Below, piece after piece: positions 30,233 to 38,380 of a DNA stretch of 58,995 nt. The notes below the pieces were generated by a model, which did no database searches, was not told the origin of the DNA, and saw only the letters and a list, made by a program, of their open reading frames with translations. Source of the DNA: a virus (Duplodnaviria > Caudoviricetes); the IMG/VR virus record IMGVR_UViG_3300012163_000002, positions 1 to 58,995 of that record; one strand, 5' to 3'. Every line of letters starts with the position of its first letter. The first letter of the stretch is position 1. The position numbers were made by a program, and so were the translations under genes.

Positions 30233-30529
30233 GTGCCTCAACTTCGTGGTCCTTCGATTTCGCCGTGGGCGCTCTTGGCGGGCATCGTGCTCGCGTCGGC
30301 AGCGTTCAATTGGGTGTACCACCTTCGCGTGGTTGACAGGCTGCAAGAGATCGAGAGGCAACAGGAGGACCCTCACGTGTTGACAACGAAATGGATGAGC
30401 GGCGGGCTGGAACGAAGCTGGACGAGCACGATCGGCGAGCACGTCGCCACGGAGACGATCGCGGAGCTGGCGCTGCGCCACAAGCGCGAGCTCGTCGAGC
30501 TGCAGATCGCGCTCCCGCGCGACCCGTAA
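30233..30529 (+). CDS. Single-TM membrane protein
   Basis: WALLAGIVLASAAFNWVY. Confidence 0.6.
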   Translation: MPQLRGPSISPWALLAGIVLASAAFNWVYHLRVVDRLQEIERQQEDPHVLTTKWMSGGLERSWTSTIGEHVATETIAELALRHKRELVELQIALPRDP

Positions 30530-30568
30530 AGTGCGAGGGGGTGAGTTTCCTTTGGCCCTTCACACTCG

Positions 30569-30612
30569 CGGGGCCCTCTGAGTGCTGCCAGGCGTCAGGG
30601 GGCCCCGTTCTT
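30569..30612 (+). terminator. Intrinsic terminator ending the virion operon
   Basis: CGGGGCCCTCTGA / TCAGGGGGCCCCG stem followed by TTCTT. Confidence 0.6.
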
Positions 30613-30650
30613 GCTGGAAGAGGTTCTTGTCCGATGGTAGCTTCGCCGAA

Positions 30651-30974
30651 ATGTTGAGAGTCTCCGATCTTCGAAACGGCGAGCGGCTCCTGATCCTGCG
30701 CCGGCGCAAGGGCACGACGAAGGCCCAGGCGGCCCGCAAGTTCAAGGTGACGCTGTACAAGTACAACCGCTGGGAGTCCGACGTCGAGCAGGGCCCGAAG
30801 CGGCACGTCAGCAAGCTGGCCTATTTCGAACAGAGCCTGCTCATGCGCCTGCGCGCCGGCGCGAGTGTGGCGAAGTTCGCCCGCATCCTGAAGGTGTCGG
30901 CTTGGTGGCTACGGCAGATGGAAATCGGCAAGGTGTCGGATGGCCGCCTGCGCTCCTACTGGAAGGCCCGCTAG
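30651..30974 (+). CDS. Tandem XRE-type HTH protein
   Basis: LRRRKGTTKAQAARKFKVTLYKYNRWE and RLRAGASVAKFARILKVSAWWLRQMEIG. Confidence 0.8.
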   Translation: MLRVSDLRNGERLLILRRRKGTTKAQAARKFKVTLYKYNRWESDVEQGPKRHVSKLAYFEQSLLMRLRAGASVAKFARILKVSAWWLRQMEIGKVSDGRLRSYWKAR

Positions 30975-31156
30975 GGCGGTTTCGATCCCAGGCCTTCGGG
31001 CCGCGCCCCCGCTCGTCCCTGGCGCGCGAGCCCTTGCGCACCTCTGATCCCCCGCGGCTGGACAGCCCTCGCTACGCAGCATCCCAGGCGGCCGAACGGC
31101 CGGAAATTCTTTCCCCCCTCCCCGTCCCAAGGCCTCCCGGTTACCCTCGATTTCTC

Positions 31157-31184
31157 TCAGGTCCCGCCCGCCCCTTGTCGATAC
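31157..31184 (+). promoter_or_regulatory. Putative sigma28 (FliA/WhiG)-type promoter
   Basis: TCAG-16 nt-GTCGATAC with ATG 6 nt downstream. Confidence 0.4.
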
Positions 31185-31190
31185 AAGGGT

Positions 31191-31361
31191 ATGAAGAATG
31201 AAGCCGGCAACGACCTGGATGTCGCGATGCTCCTGCGCCGTATCAAGCTCTGCCTGTCCGAAGGCTCGCCCTGCACGGACGAGCATGTCGCGATGGCCGA
31301 GCTCATCGTGCGCGAGCTGTGTCGCGGCGTGACGGCCTTCCTCCCCGAAGTCGTGTCCTGA
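31191..31361 (+). CDS. Small hypothetical protein, 56 aa (not in ORF track)
   Basis: MKNEAGNDLDVAMLLRRIKLCL..EVVS; fills the gap after the promoter motif. Confidence 0.55.
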   Translation: MKNEAGNDLDVAMLLRRIKLCLSEGSPCTDEHVAMAELIVRELCRGVTAFLPEVVS

Positions 31362-31364
31362 TCG

Positions 31365-31739
31365 ATGTTCCGTCCCTGGCGCCCCGACGATCTCGTTGTG
31401 CTGCGCCGAAACTACGGCAACAGCTCTACCGGTTGGCTGTGCCAGTACCTCGACCGCTCACCCGAAGACATCGAGGCGAAGGCTACCCAGCTGCGCCTCG
31501 CGAAAGACAAGCGCCGATTCCCCGGTCGCACCATGCCGCGCTGGACAGAGCTTGAGCTGAGACTGTTGCGCGTTCGCTACCCGACGCGGTCGAATCAGGA
31601 AATCGCGCTGGAGCTGAACAAGTCGACGAAGTCGGTTCAGACGATGGGGCAGCGGCTCGGGTTGCGGAAGGATCGCGTGCGCTTGTGCGAAATGGGCCAC
31701 GCGAACGCAAGCCTGCGGCGCGACAAGCTGCGCCCCTGA
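31365..31739 (+). CDS. Tandem Myb/HTH-like repeat DNA-binding protein
   Basis: Two W...(D/E)L..LR..Y...(I/L)...L.(R/K)S...LxL repeats. Confidence 0.75.
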   Translation: MFRPWRPDDLVVLRRNYGNSSTGWLCQYLDRSPEDIEAKATQLRLAKDKRRFPGRTMPRWTELELRLLRVRYPTRSNQEIALELNKSTKSVQTMGQRLGLRKDRVRLCEMGHANASLRRDKLRP

Positions 31740-31784
31740 TTTCCCGACTTGCGTTTTACGCGAAGTGCGGACAGGCTTTTGGGC

Positions 31785-32072
31785 ATGGATCCCAAACCTC
31801 GACCGCTAGCGATTCGTTCGCTGCTCGGCTGGCGCTCACGTCTCGCGATTGATCTCGCGCTGTTCCTCGGCACGCTGCTCGCGCTCGACTTGGCGGACGC
31901 TCCTCGCTGGACCTACTTCCTCGTCGTGTTCATTTCAACGCGGACCGGAAGGCTCGACTCGGCCGCTGATACGGCCGCGCTGCAGTCGACCTACCGCGTG
32001 CGGCTCGAATCGATCCAGCTAGACCTCGCGGCCTTGGCCGGCAAGCTCGACAAGATGAGACCGGGCCAATGA
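31785..32072 (+). CDS. Membrane protein
   Basis: Two hydrophobic segments; upstream TTGCGT-17-CAGGCT. Confidence 0.6.
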   Translation: MDPKPRPLAIRSLLGWRSRLAIDLALFLGTLLALDLADAPRWTYFLVVFISTRTGRLDSAADTAALQSTYRVRLESIQLDLAALAGKLDKMRPGQ

Positions 32073-32341
32073 CGCGCAGGCTGACACGGTTCGAGCTCGA
32101 GCACGGCTACACGCCCTGCTCGTTTGTTCTCGGCCAGCCAGGCTGCGACGTCGACCTGACGCAGCACCCAGCCGGCGCCAAGTGCGGCGGCACGTGGAAC
32201 GAGTGCTGCGCGTACAAGAACCTCAATCGCTTCGGCGGCGTGCTCGTGCCAGGCCATCCGGTCGGGCAGCTGCTGCTCGACACGATTCCAGACATCAAGG
32301 TGACGTTCGACGACTGCGACGAGCCCGAGGCCAAGCCTTGA
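32069..32341 (+). CDS. Cys-rich hypothetical protein
   Basis: ATGA overlap; 90 aa. Confidence 0.6.
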   Translation: MTRRLTRFELEHGYTPCSFVLGQPGCDVDLTQHPAGAKCGGTWNECCAYKNLNRFGGVLVPGHPVGQLLLDTIPDIKVTFDDCDEPEAKP

Positions 32342-32766
32342 CCACGTACGTGCGCGCGCGGAACGGCGGATGGTACGAGTCGCCGCTGTTCATGTTCCCC
32401 GAAGGGTTCCTCCACTTCGATGAGAAGGGCGCCGAGCTGGTGCTGTGGCTCGACGACAAGCAATCGCAGGCGGACCACCTGAAGATGCTCGAGGTTCTCG
32501 ACCTCGTGCTCGGTTCGAATCACGGCGTCGTGCGCATCGGACCGATCGCGACGGCGAAGCGCCCCATCCCGTCCACGGGCAACGAGCCGCCGACATTCTG
32601 TGCAGCGGCCTACGCTACGCTCGAGCTGACGCGCCGGATTCCTGAGCCAACGATGTTCGGCAGTTGCGAGCGGCGCCTGTCGCGCGTCGTCGCCGGCGCG
32701 CACTCGATCGACCTGCCGGCTAGCCCGAATGATCCCTACGAGCTTCGCGTCAGCTACTCACGGTAG
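32338..32766 (+). CDS. Hypothetical protein
   Basis: TTG start overlapping the upstream stop; good codon usage. Confidence 0.65.
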   Translation: MTTYVRARNGGWYESPLFMFPEGFLHFDEKGAELVLWLDDKQSQADHLKMLEVLDLVLGSNHGVVRIGPIATAKRPIPSTGNEPPTFCAAAYATLELTRRIPEPTMFGSCERRLSRVVAGAHSIDLPASPNDPYELRVSYSR

Positions 32767-32785
32767 CGGCGCGCGTTGACTGGAC

Positions 32786-33085
32786 ATGGATCACGAGGCA
32801 GATTGCACGTCCATGAGGGACGAGCGGGAGAGGGAGCAGTGGCCAGTGCCGCTGCATCGGCCGGGCATGAGCGTTGGCGCGTTGACGGCCGCGGGCGTCA
32901 TGTCCCTCTGCACTCTCTGTTTCGGCATCGCAACCTGCCTGTGGGGTTGGTTCTTGGCAGTCGGCGTGCTGATCGCCACGGCGGGCTTGCTCGTCTGCGT
33001 GTGCCTCGCTAGAGAGAAGGCATGGAAACCCTGCCTCCGATTCTTCAGTCGAAGAAGTTCCTGGCTGCGGCGCTCGCGTCACTGA
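32786..33085 (+). CDS. Possible two-TM membrane protein
   Basis: Hydrophobic, but overlaps the next gene by 64 nt; frame uncertain. Confidence 0.3.
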   Translation: MDHEADCTSMRDEREREQWPVPLHRPGMSVGALTAAGVMSLCTLCFGIATCLWGWFLAVGVLIATAGLLVCVCLAREKAWKPCLRFFSRRSSWLRRSRH

Positions 33086-33273
33086 TCTCATTCCTTGGCG
33101 TGCGCGAGGGATTCACGCCCGAGCAGATCGGGATCATCATCGGACCGATCGTCGCCTTCATCACGGTGCAGGGGATCACCGACTTCGGCAAGGAACGCGC
33201 GAAGGTCGAAGCAGAATCCGAGCGCCAAGCGCGGATCCACTCCACCACTACCAACGGAAACAAGCCGTCATGA
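33022..33273 (+). CDS. Holin-like protein
   Basis: SKKFLAAALASL.. two TM helices, I..QGI.D, charged C-terminus. Confidence 0.65.
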   Translation: METLPPILQSKKFLAAALASLISFLGVREGFTPEQIGIIIGPIVAFITVQGITDFGKERAKVEAESERQARIHSTTTNGNKPS

Positions 33274-33722
33274 AACAGCTCTACTCGTTCTTCGCGATCG
33301 CGATCGCGCTCGTTCTCTTCGCGACGATGTTCGCCGGCTCTAGCTCGTGCGTAGCTTCGAAAGAGAAGTCCGACCAGGTCAAGCAAGCGGCGCAGTTCCC
33401 GGCCGCGATGCTCGCGTGGCCCGGCGTGCGCGGCGACTACGATCGCGGTCTCGCCGACGGCGTGACGAAGGGCGATCTGACTCCGCTCGCGCACGACAAG
33501 CTGATCGCGACCGCTGATCAGATGAGCGTCGCGATCAACGCGAAGGATCCGTCCGCGCTGCGTGCGATTCCCTGGACGCTGATCATGCGTCCGTGGGCCG
33601 ATCGTGGCGTGAACGTCAAGCTCAGCGACGGGACAATCGGCCCGACCGTCGCAGCCGAGCTGCTCGAGCGGGTCGCCAACTTCACCGCGACGATCGAGTC
33701 GCTGCAGGGAACCGGACTATGA
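33270..33722 (+). CDS. Putative lipoprotein / exported protein
   Basis: Signal peptide ending AGSSSC; coupled to the holin-like gene. Confidence 0.7.
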   Translation: MKQLYSFFAIAIALVLFATMFAGSSSCVASKEKSDQVKQAAQFPAAMLAWPGVRGDYDRGLADGVTKGDLTPLAHDKLIATADQMSVAINAKDPSALRAIPWTLIMRPWADRGVNVKLSDGTIGPTVAAELLERVANFTATIESLQGTGL

Positions 33723-34018
33723 ACATCGCCCACGAGTTCGAAACGATGCTGAAGGAGGCCGGCGGTCGCCTCGGTGATCTCGGCGAAGAGAAGCGCAAGG
33801 AAATGGCGCAGTACGCAGCCGGGCGTGCCGAGCGTGCGGCGACGATCATCGACGGCAACGAGCCGGGTCTCGACGAGTTCCTGACCGCGGCGCGCGACAA
33901 CCTCGCGCTCAAGGGCGGACTGGTCATCGGCGAGGGCGCGGACGCGGCCGGTGTCGAATGGCGCGGCCTGCTGTACGGTGCGCTGCGCTTCGCCGCGCTC
34001 GCGCTGGCCGGAGCCTGA
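33719..34018 (+). CDS. Hypothetical protein
   Basis: ATGA overlap; hydrophobic C-terminus. Confidence 0.7.
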   Translation: MNIAHEFETMLKEAGGRLGDLGEEKRKEMAQYAAGRAERAATIIDGNEPGLDEFLTAARDNLALKGGLVIGEGADAAGVEWRGLLYGALRFAALALAGA

Positions 34019-34045
34019 CCCCAACCTGTAGCGTCTGCTGCAGCT

Positions 34046-34084
34046 GGAGCCCCTTGGGATAAGGCCCTGGGGGCTCCGTCGTTT
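34046..34084 (+). terminator. Putative intrinsic terminator
   Basis: GGAGCCCCT / GGGGGCTCC stem, then GTCGTTT. Confidence 0.5.
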
Positions 34085-34086
34085 GC

Positions 34087-34117
34087 AGTTGGCATTTCTT
34101 CGACTGGCCGTTACCCT
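34087..34117 (+). promoter_or_regulatory. Putative sigma70 promoter for the recombination operon
   Basis: TTGGCA(34089)-17-TACCCT(34112); contains the repeated 17-mer. Confidence 0.5.
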
Positions 34118-34176
34118 TGCACGCGACGGGGCCAGACCAGCCCCACCTCCGCAATCGATAGGAGGACGACGGCGGC

Positions 34177-34722
34177 ATGAGCAACGACAGCACGGCAACG
34201 CCCGCGGGACCGCGGCTACACAACGGCGCGTATACGATCGCGCACCCGAAGCACGGGCATTTCACGGTCAAGCTCTACACGGCCGGACCGAATTCCTCCC
34301 TCGCCGGCAAGCGCATCGTCGCGCTGCTGCAGGGCCCGAACAACGAGACCGACTGGCAAGGCGTTGCGTTTTGGGATGATGAAGTGCTGACCGCGCGCAT
34401 CTGGACGAAGTTCAAGTCCGTGCTGCGCGATGCGATCGAGTCGCCGATCGACGGTTACCACTGGGGCGATCGCTGGTCGCGCGTGGAGCAGAAGCTCGCG
34501 ATCTGGCTCGACCTGGCGCTGCGCGCATACAGGTTCACGGAGACTGGCCTTGAGCTACTGCCGAAGACGGCCGCCGCCGGCGCGCTGTTCGGTACGAGCT
34601 ACTGGCTCGGCGAGGGATACGAGCTGCAGCTCGAAGGCCGCTGCGTCGTCTGCAATCGCAAGCTGACGCATCCCGAATCGATTCGGTTGGGCATCGGCCC
34701 GGAGTGCGGGAACAGAACATGA
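34177..34722 (+). CDS. DUF6011-like Zn-finger domain protein
   Basis: EGRCVVCNRKLTHPESIRLGIGPEC; SD AGGAGG. Confidence 0.85.
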   Translation: MSNDSTATPAGPRLHNGAYTIAHPKHGHFTVKLYTAGPNSSLAGKRIVALLQGPNNETDWQGVAFWDDEVLTARIWTKFKSVLRDAIESPIDGYHWGDRWSRVEQKLAIWLDLALRAYRFTETGLELLPKTAAAGALFGTSYWLGEGYELQLEGRCVVCNRKLTHPESIRLGIGPECGNRT

Positions 34723-34997
34723 TCGACCCGAATAAAGTCCCTGCGCTGCACGATTACCTGACTGGTCTGCGCTCGATCGACGATGCGTTCAAGGTCTATC
34801 GTCGGTACGTGCTGCCGCCTGACGCCGGCGAGACGCAAGTGATCGAGACACGGCGCGCGTTCTTCGCGGCCGCGGATTGGTTCTACAAACGGTTCCTTGT
34901 GATCGTCGACGACGAGAAGGACGCGATGGCGTTCCTGTCCGAGATCCACGCGGAGCTGGAGGCGCACTGCAAGGCAGTGCAGGAAGGCCGAGCATGA
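34719..34997 (+). CDS. Hypothetical protein
   Basis: Q..ETRRAFFA motif seen in small phage proteins; coupled. Confidence 0.7.
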   Translation: MIDPNKVPALHDYLTGLRSIDDAFKVYRRYVLPPDAGETQVIETRRAFFAAADWFYKRFLVIVDDEKDAMAFLSEIHAELEAHCKAVQEGRA

Positions 34998-36028
34998 CGA
35001 TCGCGAGCTACACGCAAAGTTGCCTGTCCTGTTTTCGAAGATGCCCGCGCGAGTACGACCTGCGCTATCAGCAGCAGCTCGAGCGCCTCGGCGATGCGCG
35101 CGAGACTCTCGCCGTCGGCGATTGCTGGCACAAGGCCCATGACGCCGCGAGCAAGGCCGGCGCCGACGGTCCGGCCTACGCGGTGATCCAGGCGCGCGCG
35201 CCCGGCGAGCTGTGGGTCGAGAAGCTGCGCCGGCTGTTCGCTGCCTATCGTTGGCGCTGGGCGAGTCACGCTCTGAAGATGCACGCAAGCGAGCAGCGGT
35301 TCGAGTATGTCGACGCCGAAGGACGCACGCGCCGCGGCCAGATTGACGGGCTGATCGAGATCGAGGGCCAGATCGGCAACCTGGAGCGGAAGACGTCGGG
35401 CGAGGACATCGACGACGGCTCGACGTACTGGCAGCGGCAGCGGATGGGGACGCAGGTCTCGTTCTACGCGAACGCGTTCAAGACGCTGACCGGCCATCCG
35501 CCGGCGTTCACTCTGTACGACGTCGTGCGCAAGCCGACGATCCGCCCGAAGTCGATCGTGAAGGCCGACATGACTCGACTTCGCGCGGAGCTGATGAAGA
35601 GCGGCGAGGCCGTGTACTTCGGCGAGAAGTTCGGACCGGAAGAGATCGAGGCCGCGCTCGCCGCGGGCATGGAAACGTCCGCACTGTACGGCGCGCGACT
35701 GACCGCAGACATCGGCGATCGCCCGGACTTCTACTTCGCGCGCAAGATGATTGCGCGCACGACGCTCGACCTCGATCTCGCGGAGCGCGACACTGTGCAG
35801 ACGATCGACGCGATCGAATCGCTGAGCGCGCAGCAGGAGTTCGATCGCGAGCACTTCGACGCGCCGCGGCCGATGTTCCCTCGCAACCCGGACGCCTGCG
35901 ACGTCTTCGGCGTGTGCGACTTCTTCGCGCTCTGTTCGAACGGCGAGTATCCGCAACCCAACACGGCCCCCAACGGCTTCGCACGTCGCGCAGCCTTGCA
36001 CCCCGAACTTGACGAGGTCCAGCAATGA
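34994..36028 (+). CDS. PD-(D/E)XK exonuclease (Cas4/RecB-like, Cys-ligated)
   Basis: CPR.Y.L.Y, G...H, GQIDG, ERKT, Q...Y, C.....C.F...C. Confidence 0.85.
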   Translation: MTIASYTQSCLSCFRRCPREYDLRYQQQLERLGDARETLAVGDCWHKAHDAASKAGADGPAYAVIQARAPGELWVEKLRRLFAAYRWRWASHALKMHASEQRFEYVDAEGRTRRGQIDGLIEIEGQIGNLERKTSGEDIDDGSTYWQRQRMGTQVSFYANAFKTLTGHPPAFTLYDVVRKPTIRPKSIVKADMTRLRAELMKSGEAVYFGEKFGPEEIEAALAAGMETSALYGARLTADIGDRPDFYFARKMIARTTLDLDLAERDTVQTIDAIESLSAQQEFDREHFDAPRPMFPRNPDACDVFGVCDFFALCSNGEYPQPNTAPNGFARRAALHPELDEVQQ

Positions 36029-36855
36029 CGAAACCCCCGCCCGCACCTCCCGTTCCCGCGAAGACGGCGCCGCTTCGCAGCCCGAAGGCGACCATCCCCG
36101 AAGCATGGCCGCTGCAGCTCACGACCGGCGTCATGACCGGCGGCGATCGCATCGGTCTGTATGGCACAGGTGGTATCGGCAAGAGCACGCTCGCTGCGTG
36201 GCTGCCGGCGCCGGTGTTCCTCGACTTGGAGCGATCCACGAAGAAGATCGCGGCAACGCGCAGCATGGTCGGCGACTGGCTCGAGCTTCGCGGCAAGGTG
36301 CGATCGTTCGGCGAGACGCCGCCGAATGGTGCACGATCGCTCGTGATCGACACGGCGACGATCGCCGAGGAGCTGGCGAAGGAACACGTGGTCGCCACGC
36401 GCCTGACCGAAAAGGGCAAACGCGTCGAGTCGATCGAAGGCTTCGGCTTCGGCAAGGGCTGGCAGTTCGTCTACGACGAATTCACTGCGCTCCTGTCTGA
36501 TCTCGATCGCGTCGCCGACGCAGGCCTGAACGTGTGCCTGATCATGCACGATGTCGCGGTTGTCGTGCCGAACCCCGACGCCGAGGACTACCTGCGCTGG
36601 CAACCGAAGCTGTACGCCGGCGACAAGCGCGGCCGCGCTGACATCGCGGGCCTCGTCAAGAATTGGGTCGAGCACCTGATCTTCATCGGGTACGACCTGA
36701 GCGTGTCCGAAGGCAAGGCTACCGGAGGCGGAAGCCGCACGCTCTCCACGCTCGAGACTGGCACGCACGTCGCAAAGTCGCGCACGAAGCAACTCGTGCG
36801 TCCGTTCACAATCGAGCAACCCGGCGCGGTGTGGCTCGAGCTTGGCATCGTCTGA
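36025..36855 (+). CDS. AAA ATPase, Sak4-like recombinase
   Basis: LYGTGGIGKST, FLDLE, LVIDT, SIEGFGFGKG, AKSR. Confidence 0.85.
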   Translation: MTKPPPAPPVPAKTAPLRSPKATIPEAWPLQLTTGVMTGGDRIGLYGTGGIGKSTLAAWLPAPVFLDLERSTKKIAATRSMVGDWLELRGKVRSFGETPPNGARSLVIDTATIAEELAKEHVVATRLTEKGKRVESIEGFGFGKGWQFVYDEFTALLSDLDRVADAGLNVCLIMHDVAVVVPNPDAEDYLRWQPKLYAGDKRGRADIAGLVKNWVEHLIFIGYDLSVSEGKATGGGSRTLSTLETGTHVAKSRTKQLVRPFTIEQPGAVWLELGIV

Positions 36856-36885
36856 TCCCTGAAACCCCGAAACCGAATTTCCGAA

Positions 36886-37776
36886 ATGAACGTCGAAGAC
36901 TACACACAGCAGCTTGTCGAAGAGGAAGGCACGTTCCGCATGTTCCCGATCAGCTGGACTCTCGAGGAGTCCGAGAAGACGGGCAGCGTCGCGCTTGCGA
37001 TTCGCATGGGCGTCTCGCAGAAGTGGCACGGCAGAGAGGCCGGCTGGAGCGAGCAGTACCCACCCGGCTGGTACAGCGAGCATCGCGCCTGGATCCTCAT
37101 CCGCCCGAAGGACGGGCAAGGCAACACGATCGCGAACGCGGATCCCGTGCTCTCGGAGAAGACGGTCAAGCGGCTCGCCGAGTGCGGGCTGTGGGATGGC
37201 GACTTCGACAAGATCCAGGGCCCGCCGCCCGCGGTGTACGTGCTCTGCGACATCGAGCTCGAGCAGCAGGAGGGGTACAAGGCTCGGCACCGCATCAACT
37301 GGGTCAACCCGAATGCCGACGAGCCCAAGGCCCGCGGTGCGTTCGCTCCAGTCGATCGAGGCCTGCTCGACAAGCTGCGCGCGAAGCACCAGCAGAAGGC
37401 GCGCGCGATCACGTCCGCGCCGCCCGGCACGGCTCCCGCGGCGCCGCCGCCGCCGCACTCGCCTGTCCAGGCCGTCCCGGTCGCGCCCGCGGCCGCTGCG
37501 CCCGTCCAGACGGCCCCGGCCGCCCCTCGTGCTGTTGCTCCCGCGGCTCCTCGGCCACCGGCTCCCCAGGCCGCGCCCGCCGCTGCCCCTGGGCCGCAGG
37601 GGACCGTTTCCGCCCAGCCCCCCGCGTGGGGAGCCGGCGCGCCCACAGCGGCTCCTATTGCGCCGGCTCGGCCGTCCGCCCCTGGACGTCCGTCGACCGC
37701 GGCGCCATCGTTTGCGCCGCCGCCTTCGGCCGATGGGGCGGTCGAAGGGGTCGGCCCCGACGGGGTGCCGTTCTAG
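36886..37776 (+). CDS. Putative single-stranded DNA-binding protein
   Basis: Follows the Sak4-like gene; beta-rich core, long Pro/Ala tail ending DGVPF. Confidence 0.7.
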   Translation: MNVEDYTQQLVEEEGTFRMFPISWTLEESEKTGSVALAIRMGVSQKWHGREAGWSEQYPPGWYSEHRAWILIRPKDGQGNTIANADPVLSEKTVKRLAECGLWDGDFDKIQGPPPAVYVLCDIELEQQEGYKARHRINWVNPNADEPKARGAFAPVDRGLLDKLRAKHQQKARAITSAPPGTAPAAPPPPHSPVQAVPVAPAAAAPVQTAPAAPRAVAPAAPRPPAPQAAPAAAPGPQGTVSAQPPAWGAGAPTAAPIAPARPSAPGRPSTAAPSFAPPPSADGAVEGVGPDGVPF

Positions 37777-37812
37777 CGATGGCCTGACCGACGCCAGGGT
37801 CAGGTACTTGCG

Positions 37813-37846
37813 CGCCCCCGCAGGCTTCAGCTTGCGGGGGCGTCTT
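37813..37846 (+). terminator. Hairpin terminator
   Basis: CGCCCCCGCAGGC-TTCA-GCTTGCGGGGGCG-TCTT. Confidence 0.55.
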
Positions 37847-37860
37847 CGTAGATTGCGCGC

Positions 37861-38289
37861 ATGCTGGTGCTGTGCGACACGCGGGAGCAGGTGCCCTGGA
37901 CGTTCGAAGGGCAAGGGATCACGGTCCAGCGCCAGACCCTCGACACGGGCGACTACTCTCTGCCCGGCCTCGAGTCGCGCGTGTGCATCGAACGCAAGTC
38001 GCTCGACGACTGGGTCGGCACTGTCATGTCCTCGCGCGGCCGCTTCTACCGCGAGCTCGATCGCATGCGCGCGTTCCAGTTTCGGTGCGTGATCATCGAG
38101 GCCGGCGTGCGCGAGGTGATGGCCGGTCGTTACAAGTCCGAGGTCAAGCCTGCGAGCGTGCTCGGGTTCATTGCCGAGATCGCCGTGCAGCAAGCCGTGC
38201 CGGTCTACCTGGCTGGCACGCGCGCCGAGGCGCAGGTGCTCGCCGGTGCATTCCTGCGCGCGGCCGCGGCGAAGCTACCGCGCGGTTGA
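37861..38289 (+). CDS. ERCC4/XPF-domain nuclease
   Basis: DTREQ.P, LDTGDYS, IERKSLDD. Confidence 0.9.
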   Translation: MLVLCDTREQVPWTFEGQGITVQRQTLDTGDYSLPGLESRVCIERKSLDDWVGTVMSSRGRFYRELDRMRAFQFRCVIIEAGVREVMAGRYKSEVKPASVLGFIAEIAVQQAVPVYLAGTRAEAQVLAGAFLRAAAAKLPRG

Positions 38290-38380
38290 CTGTGGTACGC
38301 TTGGGCGAAATCCCAAGCTCAACAACCCCGCCACGTCGGCCGCTCCTCTTGGGGCAAAGTGTGCCGACAGGAGGATCCAG

